From positions 31,163-95,162 of the forward strand of contig JBJDXJ010000049.1 of NCBI GenBank assembly GCA_051866635.1: DNA of 64,000 nucleotides. The letters are read 5' to 3'. This DNA comes from Clostridia bacterium. GTDB taxonomy: Bacteria > Bacillota > Clostridia > UMGS1883. A model generated the notes under the pieces. The model had not been told where the DNA came from. It searched no databases and was given only the letters and a program-made list of their open reading frames with translations. Within the stretch, counting starts at the first letter, position 1; each line of letters begins with the position of its first letter. Shown here piece by piece: positions 17,588-27,764 of the stretch. A program made the translations under genes and the position numbers.

Positions 17588-19819
17588 ATGCTTTGTTCAA
17601 GATGTAAAAAGAATATAGCCGTAATGTTCATTTCAAGAATGGAAAACGGAAAGGCGGTAAACGAAAGCCTTTGTATGCCCTGTGCCAAGGAGCTTGGTGT
17701 GGGCAATCTTGATAAACTCATGGGCGATATTGACCCTGAGACTATGGCAAACTTGGAAAACCAGATGATGGAGGTCGTAAATGGGGAGGAAATCCCTCTC
17801 CCCGAGGACTTGGGCGGAAGTGTTATGAGCATAATAAATAACATTTTTTCAAACGGTGGCGGTCCAAAACAGGGCAGTAATACAAAGCCTAAGGACAATA
17901 AGAAAAAGGAAGAAAAAAGGATTATTGATTCTTTTGGCGAAAATCTTACAAAAAAGGCCAAGGCAAATAAACTTGATAAGGTTATCGGCAGAGAAGTTGA
18001 AATTGACAGAATGATTCAAATTTTAAACCGCCGCACAAAGAATAACCCTGCCTTAATCGGTGAACCGGGTGTTGGTAAAACAGCGGTGGCTGAAGGTTTG
18101 GCTGAAAGGATTGTTTCAAATCAGGTGCCTGTGAAACTTCGTGATAAGGAAGTTTATTTGTTGGACTTTACATCTATTGTGGCAGGTACACAGTACCGAG
18201 GTCAGTTTGAAGCAAGGCTTAAAAGCATTGTGGACGAGGTTAAAAAGCTGGGCAATATTATCTTGGTTATAGATGAGCTTCACAATATTGTGGGTGCAGG
18301 TGATGCAGAGGGTGCTATGAGTGCGGCTAACATATTAAAGCCTGCCCTGGCACGTGGCGATATTCAGGTTATCGGTGCAACAACCCTTGCCGAGTACCGC
18401 AAGTATATAGAAAAGGACAGTGCCTTAGAGAGAAGATTCCAGCCTATTATAATAGAAGAACCGTCAGTTGCACAAACAATTGAGATTTTAAAGGGCATAC
18501 GCCCCTATTACGAAAATTACCATCAGGTGAAAATAACAGATGAGGTTATTGAAAAGGCGGCAATACTGTCAGAAAGGTATATTACAGACCGCTTTTTACC
18601 CGATAAGGCTATTGACTTGATTGATGAGGCGGGAAGTAGGGCAAACCTTAAAAATAAAGCCCTTGCCACCATATTTGAGCTTAAGAAACAGCTTGAATTA
18701 ATAAGGCAGGAAAAGGACGAGGCGGCAAACGGAGATTCCATCGAAAACTACCAGAAGGCGGCAGACCTTAAGATGCAGGAATGTTCCATCATGCAGTCAA
18801 TTGACAATATTACCGAAAACATGGAGGATGTTTATCTTACTGTAGAAGATATTGCAAACGTGATTGAATTGCAGACAAAAATCCCCGTTAAGAAAATTAC
18901 CGAGGAAGAAACAAAGAGGCTTCTTGAGCTTGAAGATAATCTTCATAAAAGGATTATCGGGCAGAACGAAGCGGTCAGTGCAGTTTCAAGAACAATCCGC
19001 CGTAAGCGTGCGGCACTTTCAAAGAAAAAGCGACCCGCAAGCTTTATTTTCGTAGGTCCCACAGGTGTAGGTAAAACGGAAACTGTAAAGGCACTTGCCG
19101 CAGAGCTTTTTGAAAGCGAAGAATCATTAATCCGTGTTGATATGACAGAATACATGGAAAAACATGCCGTTTCAAGGCTTATAGGCTCCCCTCCCGGATA
19201 TGTGGGCTATGACGATGCAGGTCAGCTTACGGAAAAGGTAAGAAGAAAGCCCTACAGCGTAATCCTTTTTGACGAAATCGAAAAGGCACATCCCGATGTT
19301 ATGAATATACTTCTGCAAATTCTTGACGATGGCAGAGTTACAGACAGTCACGGCAAGGTAGTAAGTTTTGAAAATACTGTTATTGTAATGACAAGTAATG
19401 CAGGAAGCGGTTATTCATCCTCAGCTTTGGGCTTTGGCAAAACAGTGGGAGAAGCAAGCAAAACAAGGGCTATGGATGCTCTTAAAAAATTCCTTCGCCC
19501 CGAATTTTTAAACCGTGTGGATGAAGTTATCACCTTTGACCCCTTAACCAAAAATGAGCTTATTAAGATTGTTGACCTTATGATTGGAGAAATTGCTTCC
19601 ATGGCAAATGAACGAGGTATGACCATAAAGGTATCCGATGAGGTTAAGGACATTCTTTGTGAAAAGGGCTTTGACCCTGCTATGGGTGCAAGACCATTAA
19701 GAAGGCTTGTAAGTAGGGAAATCGAAGATAGATTAGCTGAAATAGTTATACGTGGTGAAAGACCAAACTTGGTGGAATTTACAGCCGAAAACGGAGAAAT
19801 TAAAACAAACGCACAATAG
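17588..19819 (+). CDS. ATP-dependent Clp protease ATP-binding subunit (ClpC/ClpE type, N-terminal Zn finger)
   Basis: CSRC...CMPC; two Walker A motifs ([16 protein letters not shown]); GSPPGYVGY. Confidence 0.93.
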   Translation: MLCSRCKKNIAVMFISRMENGKAVNESLCMPCAKELGVGNLDKLMGDIDPETMANLENQMMEVVNGEEIPLPEDLGGSVMSIINNIFSNGGGPKQGSNTKPKDNKKKEEKRIIDSFGENLTKKAKANKLDKVIGREVEIDRMIQILNRRTKNNPALIGEPGVGKTAVAEGLAERIVSNQVPVKLRDKEVYLLDFTSIVAGTQYRGQFEARLKSIVDEVKKLGNIILVIDELHNIVGAGDAEGAMSAANILKPALARGDIQVIGATTLAEYRKYIEKDSALERRFQPIIIEEPSVAQTIEILKGIRPYYENYHQVKITDEVIEKAAILSERYITDRFLPDKAIDLIDEAGSRANLKNKALATIFELKKQLELIRQEKDEAANGDSIENYQKAADLKMQECSIMQSIDNITENMEDVYLTVEDIANVIELQTKIPVKKITEEETKRLLELEDNLHKRIIGQNEAVSAVSRTIRRKRAALSKKKRPASFIFVGPTGVGKTETVKALAAELFESEESLIRVDMTEYMEKHAVSRLIGSPPGYVGYDDAGQLTEKVRRKPYSVILFDEIEKAHPDVMNILLQILDDGRVTDSHGKVVSFENTVIVMTSNAGSGYSSSALGFGKTVGEASKTRAMDALKKFLRPEFLNRVDEVITFDPLTKNELIKIVDLMIGEIASMANERGMTIKVSDEVKDILCEKGFDPAMGARPLRRLVSREIEDRLAEIVIRGERPNLVEFTAENGEIKTNAQ

Positions 19820-19849
19820 TGCGTTTGTTTTTTGGGAGATGAGTTTTAT

Positions 19850-21586
19850 ATGTTCAAGAAATTACTTGGATGTGTACGTGAGTATAAATTGCCCACAATA
19901 CTCACATTTATCTTTATCGTGGGCGAGGTGGTAATAGAATGTCTTATCCCCTTTATTACTGCAAACTTAGTTAATTCAGTAAAGTCAGGCGTGGAAATCG
20001 AATCCCTTATAAAAACAGGGTTGCTCCTTGCTTTAATGGCGGTAATGTCCCTTTGTTGCGGTGCTATTGCAGGGGTAACCTGTTCGAAGGCATCTGCAGG
20101 CTTTGCCAAAAACCTTCGCCATGATATGTTTGAAAAGATACAGGCATATTCCTTTTCAAACATAGACAGGTTTTCATCATCATCACTTGTCACAAGACTT
20201 ACAACAGATGTGACCAATGTGCAGATGAGTTATATGATGGTTATACGTACTGCCATCAGAAGTCCCTTAATGCTTATATTTGCAACGGTTATGGCATTTG
20301 TAATGGGCGGAAGCTTAGCTGCAACATTTATTGTGGTTATCCCGGTTCTTGTTTTGGGCTTGTTAATAGTAAGCCGTAAAGCAATGCCTGCCTTCAGAAG
20401 GGTGTTTAAAAAGTACGACAGACTTAACGAGTCCATTGAAGAAAATGTCCGTGGTATGCGTGTTGTAAAGGGCTTTGCCCGTGAAGAATACGAAAAGGAA
20501 AAGTTCAACAAAGCCGCAGAAGATATTTGTGCCGATTTTACAAAGGCGGAAAGAATAGTAGCACTTAACCAACCCCTTATGCAGATTTGTCTTTACTTTA
20601 ACATGGTGTTTATCCTTTGGGTTGGTTCACGCCTTGTAATTACAAGTACAGGTCAAAGTATTGACGTGGGACAGATTTCTGCAATGCTTACGTACGGTAT
20701 GCAGATACTTATGAGCCTTATGATGCTTGCCATGGTTTATGTAATGCTTACCATGAGTGGCGAATCCATGAAGCGAATTTGTGAAGTTTTAGACGAAGTG
20801 CCAAACCTTACGAGCGGTGAAAAGGCTGTTAAAACTGTTAAAGACGGAAACATCGATTTTGAGGATGTTTCCTTCAAATATTCCAAAAAGGCAAAGAAAA
20901 ATGCCCTTTCCTGTGTTAACTTGCATATAAAATCGGGACAGACTGTTGGTATTATCGGAACTACCGGTTCCTCCAAATCATCCTTGGTACAGCTTATACC
21001 CCGTCTTTATGATGCCACGGAGGGCGTCGTAAAGGTTGGCGGCGTTGATGTTCGTGACTATGATTTGACCAAGCTTCGTGATTCTGTTGCCATGGTACTT
21101 CAGAAAAACTTACTGTTCTCAGGCACAATTGCCGAAAATCTCCGTTGGGGAAATGAAAATGCCACAGATGAAGAACTTGTCAATGCTTGCAAATTAGCAC
21201 AGGCACATGAATTTGTGTCCTCCTTCCCCGATGGCTACAACACATATATCGAACAGGGAGGTTCAAATGTTTCAGGTGGACAGAAACAGCGTCTTTGTAT
21301 AGCACGTGCACTGTTAAAAAAACCGAAAATCCTTATTTTGGACGACTCCACCAGTGCTGTTGACACAAAAACAGATGCACTCATAAGAAAAGGCTTTAAG
21401 GAATTTATCCCCGAAACAACAAAGATTATTATTGCTCAGAGAATTGATTCCGTGAAGGATGCAGACATGATTATCGTTATGGACAACGGCAAAATTGCAT
21501 CCACAGGTACACATGATGAGCTTATTAATAGCAGTGATATTTATAGGGAAATCTACAATCAGCAGATAAAAGGAGGGGAGGAGTAA
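19850..21586 (+). CDS. ABC exporter subunit (TMD+NBD), degenerate-site partner
   Basis: TM helices, GTTGSSKS, SGGQKQR, ILDDSTSAVD. Confidence 0.92.
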   Translation: MFKKLLGCVREYKLPTILTFIFIVGEVVIECLIPFITANLVNSVKSGVEIESLIKTGLLLALMAVMSLCCGAIAGVTCSKASAGFAKNLRHDMFEKIQAYSFSNIDRFSSSSLVTRLTTDVTNVQMSYMMVIRTAIRSPLMLIFATVMAFVMGGSLAATFIVVIPVLVLGLLIVSRKAMPAFRRVFKKYDRLNESIEENVRGMRVVKGFAREEYEKEKFNKAAEDICADFTKAERIVALNQPLMQICLYFNMVFILWVGSRLVITSTGQSIDVGQISAMLTYGMQILMSLMMLAMVYVMLTMSGESMKRICEVLDEVPNLTSGEKAVKTVKDGNIDFEDVSFKYSKKAKKNALSCVNLHIKSGQTVGIIGTTGSSKSSLVQLIPRLYDATEGVVKVGGVDVRDYDLTKLRDSVAMVLQKNLLFSGTIAENLRWGNENATDEELVNACKLAQAHEFVSSFPDGYNTYIEQGGSNVSGGQKQRLCIARALLKKPKILILDDSTSAVDTKTDALIRKGFKEFIPETTKIIIAQRIDSVKDADMIIVMDNGKIASTGTHDELINSSDIYREIYNQQIKGGEE

Positions 21587-23493
21587 TGAACAAAAAATCA
21601 AAAATGGGAACCTTGGGCAAAATTTTAAAAATGCTTATTGGCTTTTATCCCGTACTTCTTCCCCTTACGGCAGTTTGTATAATCTTTTCATCCATAACGG
21701 CGGCTATCCCTGCCATATTCCAGCAAAAGATAATAGCTGATATTGAAATATGGATGAGCACAGGTGACTGGCAAGGTGCCGCAGAGGTTATTCTGCCTAA
21801 GATATTTCTCCTTATAGGCTTTTACGTAATATCAATTATATCCGTAACGGTGTACACACAGCTTATGGCTTATATAACCCAGGGATTTTTGAACAAAATG
21901 CGTTGTGCAATGTTCAACTGCATGCAGAATTTGCCCATAAAATATTTTGACACTAAAAAGCACGGGGATATAATGAGCTATTACACAAACGATATCGATA
22001 CCCTCCGTCAGCTTGTTTCCCAGGCAATACCAACGCTTTTGCAGGCATCGATTATTGTTGTAAGCGTTCTGTGCATTATGCTTTACTACAGCTTTTGGAT
22101 GACTTTGGTAGTCCTTATAGGTGTGGTTTTCATGGTGCTTGTTTCAAAGAAAATAGGCGGCGGCAGTGCCAAGTACTTTGTACGCCAGCAGAAAGCCATC
22201 GGCAAAACAGAAGGCTTTGTTCAGGAAATGATGAACGGTCAGAGGGTTGTAAAGGTATTTAACCATGAAAAGGCATGCAAAAAGGATTTTAATGAAATAA
22301 ACGATGCCCTTTTTCAGGACAGCTACCGTGCCCATGCCTTTGCCAACTGCTTAGGACCCATTATTCAGAATATCGGTAATATCCTTTATGTTATAATTGC
22401 AACTGTAGGTGGTATACTTCTTCTGTCCCATGTTCCCAATTTAAGCATAGGTGCATTGATTTCAGGAAGCGTAGGAGTCTTGACTATTGATATTATGATT
22501 CCCTTCCTTAACATGACAAAGCAGTTTACAGGCAACGTTAACCAGGTAAGCCAGCAGATAAACTCTATCGTAATGGGTATTGCAGGTGCTGAACGTATTT
22601 TTGAACTTATGTACGGTGAAGCAGAAGCTGATGACGGATACGTAACGCTTGTCAACTGCACTGAAGATAAAGACGGAAATGTGGTTGAAAGCAAAAAATA
22701 TACAGGCAAGTGGGCTTGGAAACATCCCCACGGTGACGGTACGATTACGTATACACCCCTTAAGGGTGACATCCGTTTAACAGATGTTGACTTTAGCTAC
22801 GAAGAAGGAAAGACGGTACTTAAAGGCGTAACTGTTTACGCCGAGCCCGGTCAGAAGGTTGCATTTGTAGGTGCTACAGGTGCAGGCAAGACAACAATCA
22901 CAAATCTTATTAACCGTTTCTATGATATTGAGGACGGTAAAATTCGTTACGACGGCATTAACATAAATAAGATTAAGAAATCCGATTTACGCCGTTCCTT
23001 AGGTCTTGTTTTACAGGAAACAAACCTTTTCACAGGTACTGTTATGGACAATATCCGTTACGGCAATCTTGATGCAACAGATGAGGAATGTATTGAGGCG
23101 GCACGCCTTGCCGGGGCAGACGATTTTATTACCCGTCTGCCCGAGGGGTATAACACGTTGCTTGCAAATAACGGTTCCAACCTTTCACAAGGTCAACGAC
23201 AGCTTATTGCAATTGCCCGTTGTGCCGTTGCAAATCCCCCTGCCATGATTCTTGACGAAGCCACAAGCAGTATTGATACAAGAACAGAGGCTATTGTACA
23301 ACAAGGTATGGATAAACTTATGGAGGGCAGAACTGTATTTGTTATTGCCCACAGACTGTCCACCGTTAAAAACAGCGATGTTATTATGGTTCTTGACAAA
23401 GGAGAAATTATTGAACGTGGAAGTCACGAAAAGCTTATTGAAGAAAAGGGCACATATTACAGATTGTATACAGGTGCCTTTGAATTGGAATAA
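21586..23493 (+). CDS. ABC exporter subunit (TMD+NBD)
   Basis: GATGAGKT, LSQGQRQ, ILDEATSSID; coupled to the upstream subunit. Confidence 0.92.
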   Translation: MNKKSKMGTLGKILKMLIGFYPVLLPLTAVCIIFSSITAAIPAIFQQKIIADIEIWMSTGDWQGAAEVILPKIFLLIGFYVISIISVTVYTQLMAYITQGFLNKMRCAMFNCMQNLPIKYFDTKKHGDIMSYYTNDIDTLRQLVSQAIPTLLQASIIVVSVLCIMLYYSFWMTLVVLIGVVFMVLVSKKIGGGSAKYFVRQQKAIGKTEGFVQEMMNGQRVVKVFNHEKACKKDFNEINDALFQDSYRAHAFANCLGPIIQNIGNILYVIIATVGGILLLSHVPNLSIGALISGSVGVLTIDIMIPFLNMTKQFTGNVNQVSQQINSIVMGIAGAERIFELMYGEAEADDGYVTLVNCTEDKDGNVVESKKYTGKWAWKHPHGDGTITYTPLKGDIRLTDVDFSYEEGKTVLKGVTVYAEPGQKVAFVGATGAGKTTITNLINRFYDIEDGKIRYDGININKIKKSDLRRSLGLVLQETNLFTGTVMDNIRYGNLDATDEECIEAARLAGADDFITRLPEGYNTLLANNGSNLSQGQRQLIAIARCAVANPPAMILDEATSSIDTRTEAIVQQGMDKLMEGRTVFVIAHRLSTVKNSDVIMVLDKGEIIERGSHEKLIEEKGTYYRLYTGAFELE

Positions 23494-23576
23494 AGAGCGT
23501 GTGAAAAAAATAACTGCCCAAAGGCAGTTATTTTTTTTGGGTTTTGCCATATAAATGAAACAAAGGAGGCAAAACT

Positions 23577-23837
23577 ATGAAAGACTATATTGAAGAACGG
23601 GCAAAAAGCCTGGCTTATTACATAATAGAAAATCAGTCTACAGTAAGGGAAACTGCAAAGAAATTCGCCCTTTCAAAATCAAGTGTACATAAAGATGTCA
23701 CATATCGGTTGGAAAAAATAAATCCTTCTCTTGCACGGGAGGTAAAAAAAGTCCTTGAACACAACAAGGAGGAAAGACACATACGTGGTGGTATGGCTAC
23801 AAAAAAGAAATATGAAATGATGAAAAAAGTGCGATGA
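23577..23837 (+). CDS. spoIIID: Sporulation transcriptional regulator SpoIIID
   Basis: MKDYIEER...TVRETAKKF..SKSSVHKDV...RHIRGGMATK; SigE-like CATATAAAT upstream. Confidence 0.95.
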   Translation: MKDYIEERAKSLAYYIIENQSTVRETAKKFALSKSSVHKDVTYRLEKINPSLAREVKKVLEHNKEERHIRGGMATKKKYEMMKKVR

Positions 23838-23852
23838 CTCGCACTTTTTTCA

Positions 23853-24869
23853 TCATTTCATTGTATTAAATTCTATAGCGTGAGCAACGGAGGGAATACT
23901 TTCCCCTTGGAGCGTTATTGTGGGACTCATCAGTGCCCCTGTTGCAATAAATAAAACTCTGTGCAAATTAAGCTTTTCCATCTGGGGAAGGATATAACCG
24001 CACAGCATTGATGCACTGCAACCGCACCCCGAACCGCCTGAGTGGACATCCTGTTTTTCCTTGTCAAATATCATGCATCCGCAGTCCTCGTAATTATCAC
24101 GAAGAATTATACCGTCTTCAAAAAGTAAATCCTTTGCAATTTTTTTGCCCAAGTGACCTAAGTCCCCGGAAAATATCATATCGTAATCTGTTACTTTCGC
24201 ACCCACCGATTTAATGTGCCTGGTTAAAGTGTCACAAAATGCCGGTGCCATAGCAGGCCCCATATTGTTTGCATCTGTCATACCTATGTCAATAACCCGT
24301 CCTGCTGTGGCATGTGTTATGAAGGGCCCCTTTTCTTCTTTTCCAAGTACAACCGCACCGGAGCCTGTAACGGTCCACTGGGAGGAGGGAGGACGTTGGG
24401 CACCGTATTCCAGGGGAAAGCGAAACTGCTTTTCACTGCCGCAAAAGTGACTTGAGGTGGCGGCTATTGCACGGTTGGCACCTCCCGATATTAATATTGA
24501 TGCCACAAAAAGGCTTTCCGCCATGGTTGAACAAGCGCCGTACAGACCTAAATAGGGAATTGCCAATTGTCTTGCGGCGTAGCCTGTGGCGGTGCATTGG
24601 TTAAGAAGGTCCCCGGAAACTAAAATGTCAATATCTTCGCTCTTAAACTTGCCCTTTTCCATAGCGGTGATAACCGTTTCTTTAAAAAGTGCACTTTCGG
24701 CACTTTCCCATGTTTTTTCTCCGAAATATTCATCCTTTTCAACACGGTCAAAATTCTTCCCGTATGGTCCGTCACCCTCCTTTTTGCCTACCACCGAGGC
24801 AAAAGACAAAACAGAAGGACAATTATTAAATTTATATGTGGATGCACCTATTTTTGTAAACGCTGTCAT
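23853..24869 (-). CDS. spoVAD: Stage V sporulation protein AD
   Basis: GDLLNQC, GLYGACSTMAESL, QFRFPLEYGAQRP, GGSGCGCSA. Confidence 0.95.
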   Translation of the reverse strand: MTAFTKIGASTYKFNNCPSVLSFASVVGKKEGDGPYGKNFDRVEKDEYFGEKTWESAESALFKETVITAMEKGKFKSEDIDILVSGDLLNQCTATGYAARQLAIPYLGLYGACSTMAESLFVASILISGGANRAIAATSSHFCGSEKQFRFPLEYGAQRPPSSQWTVTGSGAVVLGKEEKGPFITHATAGRVIDIGMTDANNMGPAMAPAFCDTLTRHIKSVGAKVTDYDMIFSGDLGHLGKKIAKDLLFEDGIILRDNYEDCGCMIFDKEKQDVHSGGSGCGCSASMLCGYILPQMEKLNLHRVLFIATGALMSPTITLQGESIPSVAHAIEFNTMK

Positions 24870-24877
24870 AAGCCCTC

Positions 24878-25318
24878 CTACATAAGAAAAAGATAATAAA
24901 TAATACCCGATACAAATGCCGAGGCAACGCCGTACACTATAACAGGTCCTGCAATGACAAACATTTTTTCGGCAAGGCCTGTAATATAACCTTCGGTTTT
25001 GTATTCAATTGCAGGAGAAACAACGCTGTTGGCAAAGCCTGTTATGGGAACTAATGTACCGGCACCGGCAAAGCGGGCAATATCGTCAAAAACGTGAATA
25101 GCGGTCAAAAATGCCGCCAAGGCAATAAGCGTTACGGAAACTGCGGTGGAGGAAAGGGAGTCTGACAATCCTAAGGAAAGATAAAAACCTTTTAACCACT
25201 GCCCTGCCATACATATTCCGCCGCCTATGATGTATGCCTTTACGGTGTTTATTGCTGTGGATGTAGGTTCGGAACGGGATTTTACAAAATCTGCGTACTG
25301 CTTTTTTGATAATTCCAT
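24878..25318 (-). CDS. spoVAC: Stage V sporulation protein AC
   Basis: FAGAGTLVPITGFANSVVSPAIEYKTEG, KMFVIAGPVIVYG. Confidence 0.93.
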   Translation of the reverse strand: MELSKKQYADFVKSRSEPTSTAINTVKAYIIGGGICMAGQWLKGFYLSLGLSDSLSSTAVSVTLIALAAFLTAIHVFDDIARFAGAGTLVPITGFANSVVSPAIEYKTEGYITGLAEKMFVIAGPVIVYGVASAFVSGIIYYLFLM

Positions 25319-25400
25319 AAATAAAATTCACCTCGGTTGTAGCTTTTCCCGAAGATGAAATTTTATGCAAAAAATAAGACTTTGGTTAAACCAAAGTCCC

Positions 25401-25624
25401 GGGCTGTCGATAAACTTATTTTTCAATCGCGAAGGGTTCGGGAAAGAAGGTTTCCCGAATAAAATAGGCAGGGTAATCCGTATTGCCCTGCCGAAAGTGG
25501 CGATTTTAGGGGGCGTAGCCCCCTTGCACGAGAAATTGCCACTTTGTTCATTAAAATTACAGACCTCAAAGTGCCCAACGACGTAGTCCGCCTTTGAGGT
25601 CCCGTGACGATATTTCGACACGCT
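25401..25624. mobile_element. Possible MITE / non-autonomous IS remnant
   Basis: Imperfect terminal IRs (GCTGTCGATA / TTTCGACACGC) around many GC-rich hairpins; no credible ORF. Confidence 0.4.
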
Positions 25625-25626
25625 TG

Positions 25627-26898
25627 CTATTCGTAAATTTTATATATCTTTACACCGTGGAAGGGAACAACAGAATAAATCCTTTCGGAAACACTTTTTG
25701 TTTTACCTGTGTAAATATCGGTAATTGTTGCTTCCTCCATGCCGATAAGGGAAAGAGGTGTATCAACAGTCATATCTTTATCGGAAATGTTAAACTGTGC
25801 AATATACCTTGCATCGTCCTTTGTGCTTTCGGCGTACCAGATAACGGCACCTGTTTCGTCACGGTAAAGCTCACGGTTATTTGTGGAATACTTCATAAGC
25901 TCGATTAAATATTCATTTGTCATTAAACTTTCTGTCCACTCATCGTTATATGTCATATCGCCGCCGAAGAAGAAAGGCGAACGGAAAACAGACCAAAGTG
26001 CCATAAGGGTCATCTGCTCGTCCTTTGTAAACTTTGTCATATCACCACCGTTTCCGTCACATATACGGACTCTGCCCAAGGGAAGCATATCGCAGTCGGG
26101 CCATGCACCTTCAATACGAAGGTTCTGCCAGTTACGGCAACGGTCGAACATATCCTTTAACGCTTCCCATTTATCCCAGAAGTCGTCTGTCATACGCCAC
26201 ATATTGGCATGGTCACACAAATGCTCTGCACTTCTTAAAGAAGCGGCACCGGGTGAAAGGGAAAGAACAATATCTCTGCCTGTTTTGTCGATGGCGTTTC
26301 TTATCAATTCAACTTCACCTGCGTGGTAGGGACGGGCGATGTCGTCAACTTTTACAAAGTCAATTTCCCATGATGAGTAAAGCTCAAAAAGGGAATCATA
26401 GTATTCCTGTGCACCTTCACGGGAAGGGTCAACGCCGTACATATCGGTGTTCCAGGGACAAGTGGACTCAACACGGGCAATGTCAAGAGCTGTTCTGTCG
26501 GTGCCTTTTATGGGGGTGTTGTTCTTCACTGCCTGACGGGGGATGCCACGGAGAATATGTATACCGAACTTTAATCCCAAGGAATGAACATAGTCTGCAA
26601 GGGGTTTGAAGCCCAAATTATCCTTTGCAGAGGGGAAACGGTTTACAGCAGGCATAAGACGGGAATACTCATCTTGAACAAGAGGAGCATAGTCATTATA
26701 AAAGTGGTTTTTCGCATTTGGTTCATACCACTGAATGTCAACTATAATATATTCCCAACCATACTGTTTAAGGTTTTTTGCCATGTATTCAGCATTTTTA
26801 CGCACAACGTCTTCGGTGACAGCACTGCCGTAGCAGTCCCAGCTGTTCCAGCCCATAGGCGGTGTGGTGCAAAGCTTCTGATGATCTCTCTTTCTCAT
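25627..26898 (-). CDS. Glycoside hydrolase family 27 (alpha-galactosidase/beta-L-arabinopyranosidase-like)
   Basis: TPPMGWNSW, VDIQW, DFVKVDD, MWRMTDDFWD, WPDCDMLPLG. Confidence 0.92.
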   Translation of the reverse strand: MRKRDHQKLCTTPPMGWNSWDCYGSAVTEDVVRKNAEYMAKNLKQYGWEYIIVDIQWYEPNAKNHFYNDYAPLVQDEYSRLMPAVNRFPSAKDNLGFKPLADYVHSLGLKFGIHILRGIPRQAVKNNTPIKGTDRTALDIARVESTCPWNTDMYGVDPSREGAQEYYDSLFELYSSWEIDFVKVDDIARPYHAGEVELIRNAIDKTGRDIVLSLSPGAASLRSAEHLCDHANMWRMTDDFWDKWEALKDMFDRCRNWQNLRIEGAWPDCDMLPLGRVRICDGNGGDMTKFTKDEQMTLMALWSVFRSPFFFGGDMTYNDEWTESLMTNEYLIELMKYSTNNRELYRDETGAVIWYAESTKDDARYIAQFNISDKDMTVDTPLSLIGMEEATITDIYTGKTKSVSERIYSVVPFHGVKIYKIYE

Positions 26899-27058
26899 AT
26901 AATGCCTCCTTAAGAAAAATACAACTTCTTTATATCACGAATATATGTGAAATGTCAACATATAAAAGAACTTTATGACCTAATTGTTAAAATTAAAAAA
27001 ATTGTTTACTATTTTACTGTAAAATGGTATACTCATAAGGTGAAAGGAGTGTTTAAAT

Positions 27059-27697
27059 TTGGTAGAAAAATTAAAGCATTACAGCTTAGGCGAAGAAATA
27101 TTCAGCTCTGTTACTCACGGTGTAGGGGCGTTGCTTTCAATTGCTGCAACAGTTCTTGTTATTGTTAAAGCCGCAGTTCATGGAAACGCTATGGGTGTTG
27201 TGGGCGGTTCAATATATGGTGCTACAATGATTGTTCTTTATCTCATGAGCACACTTTATCACTCTATTACAAATCCCAAGGCAAAGCGTGTCTTCCGAGT
27301 TTTTGACCACTGCTCCATATTCCTTCTTATTGCAGGAACATACACGCCCTACTGTCTTTGTACACTTTGGGGCAACGGGGGACTTGGAATATTGATTGCA
27401 ATATGGTCTTGTGCCATTTTGGGGATTATTTTAAATGCAATAGCACTTGACAGGTTTAAAACAGTAAGCCTTGTCTTTTATGTGGTTATGGGAATTGCCA
27501 TTTTGCTTAAATTGAAAACACTTATTACCCTTATGCCCTTGGGGGGACTTGTGTTTATGTGCATTGCAGGTGCTGTTTATATTTTAGGCATTGTGTTTTA
27601 TCTTTTAAAGGTTAAATATATGCATTCTATCTGGCACTTATTTGTTTTAGGGGGAAGTATATGCTTCTTCTTCTCAATTTTGCTTTATGTTGTTTAA
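27059..27697 (+). CDS. Hemolysin III / PAQR family membrane protein
   Basis: EE..SSVTHG, STLYH, DHCSIFLLIAGTYTP, HSIWHLFVL. Confidence 0.92.
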   Translation: MVEKLKHYSLGEEIFSSVTHGVGALLSIAATVLVIVKAAVHGNAMGVVGGSIYGATMIVLYLMSTLYHSITNPKAKRVFRVFDHCSIFLLIAGTYTPYCLCTLWGNGGLGILIAIWSCAILGIILNAIALDRFKTVSLVFYVVMGIAILLKLKTLITLMPLGGLVFMCIAGAVYILGIVFYLLKVKYMHSIWHLFVLGGSICFFFSILLYVV

Positions 27698-27764
27698 AGA
27701 ACTTGTAAAATATCGGAAAATATGATATACTGGTAAAGATTACAAAATGAAAGGATGAATTTTC

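Noticed and set aside
25328-25621. ORFs on both strands between spoVAC and the GH27 gene
   Set aside because: By-products of the GC-rich palindromic element; no protein motifs
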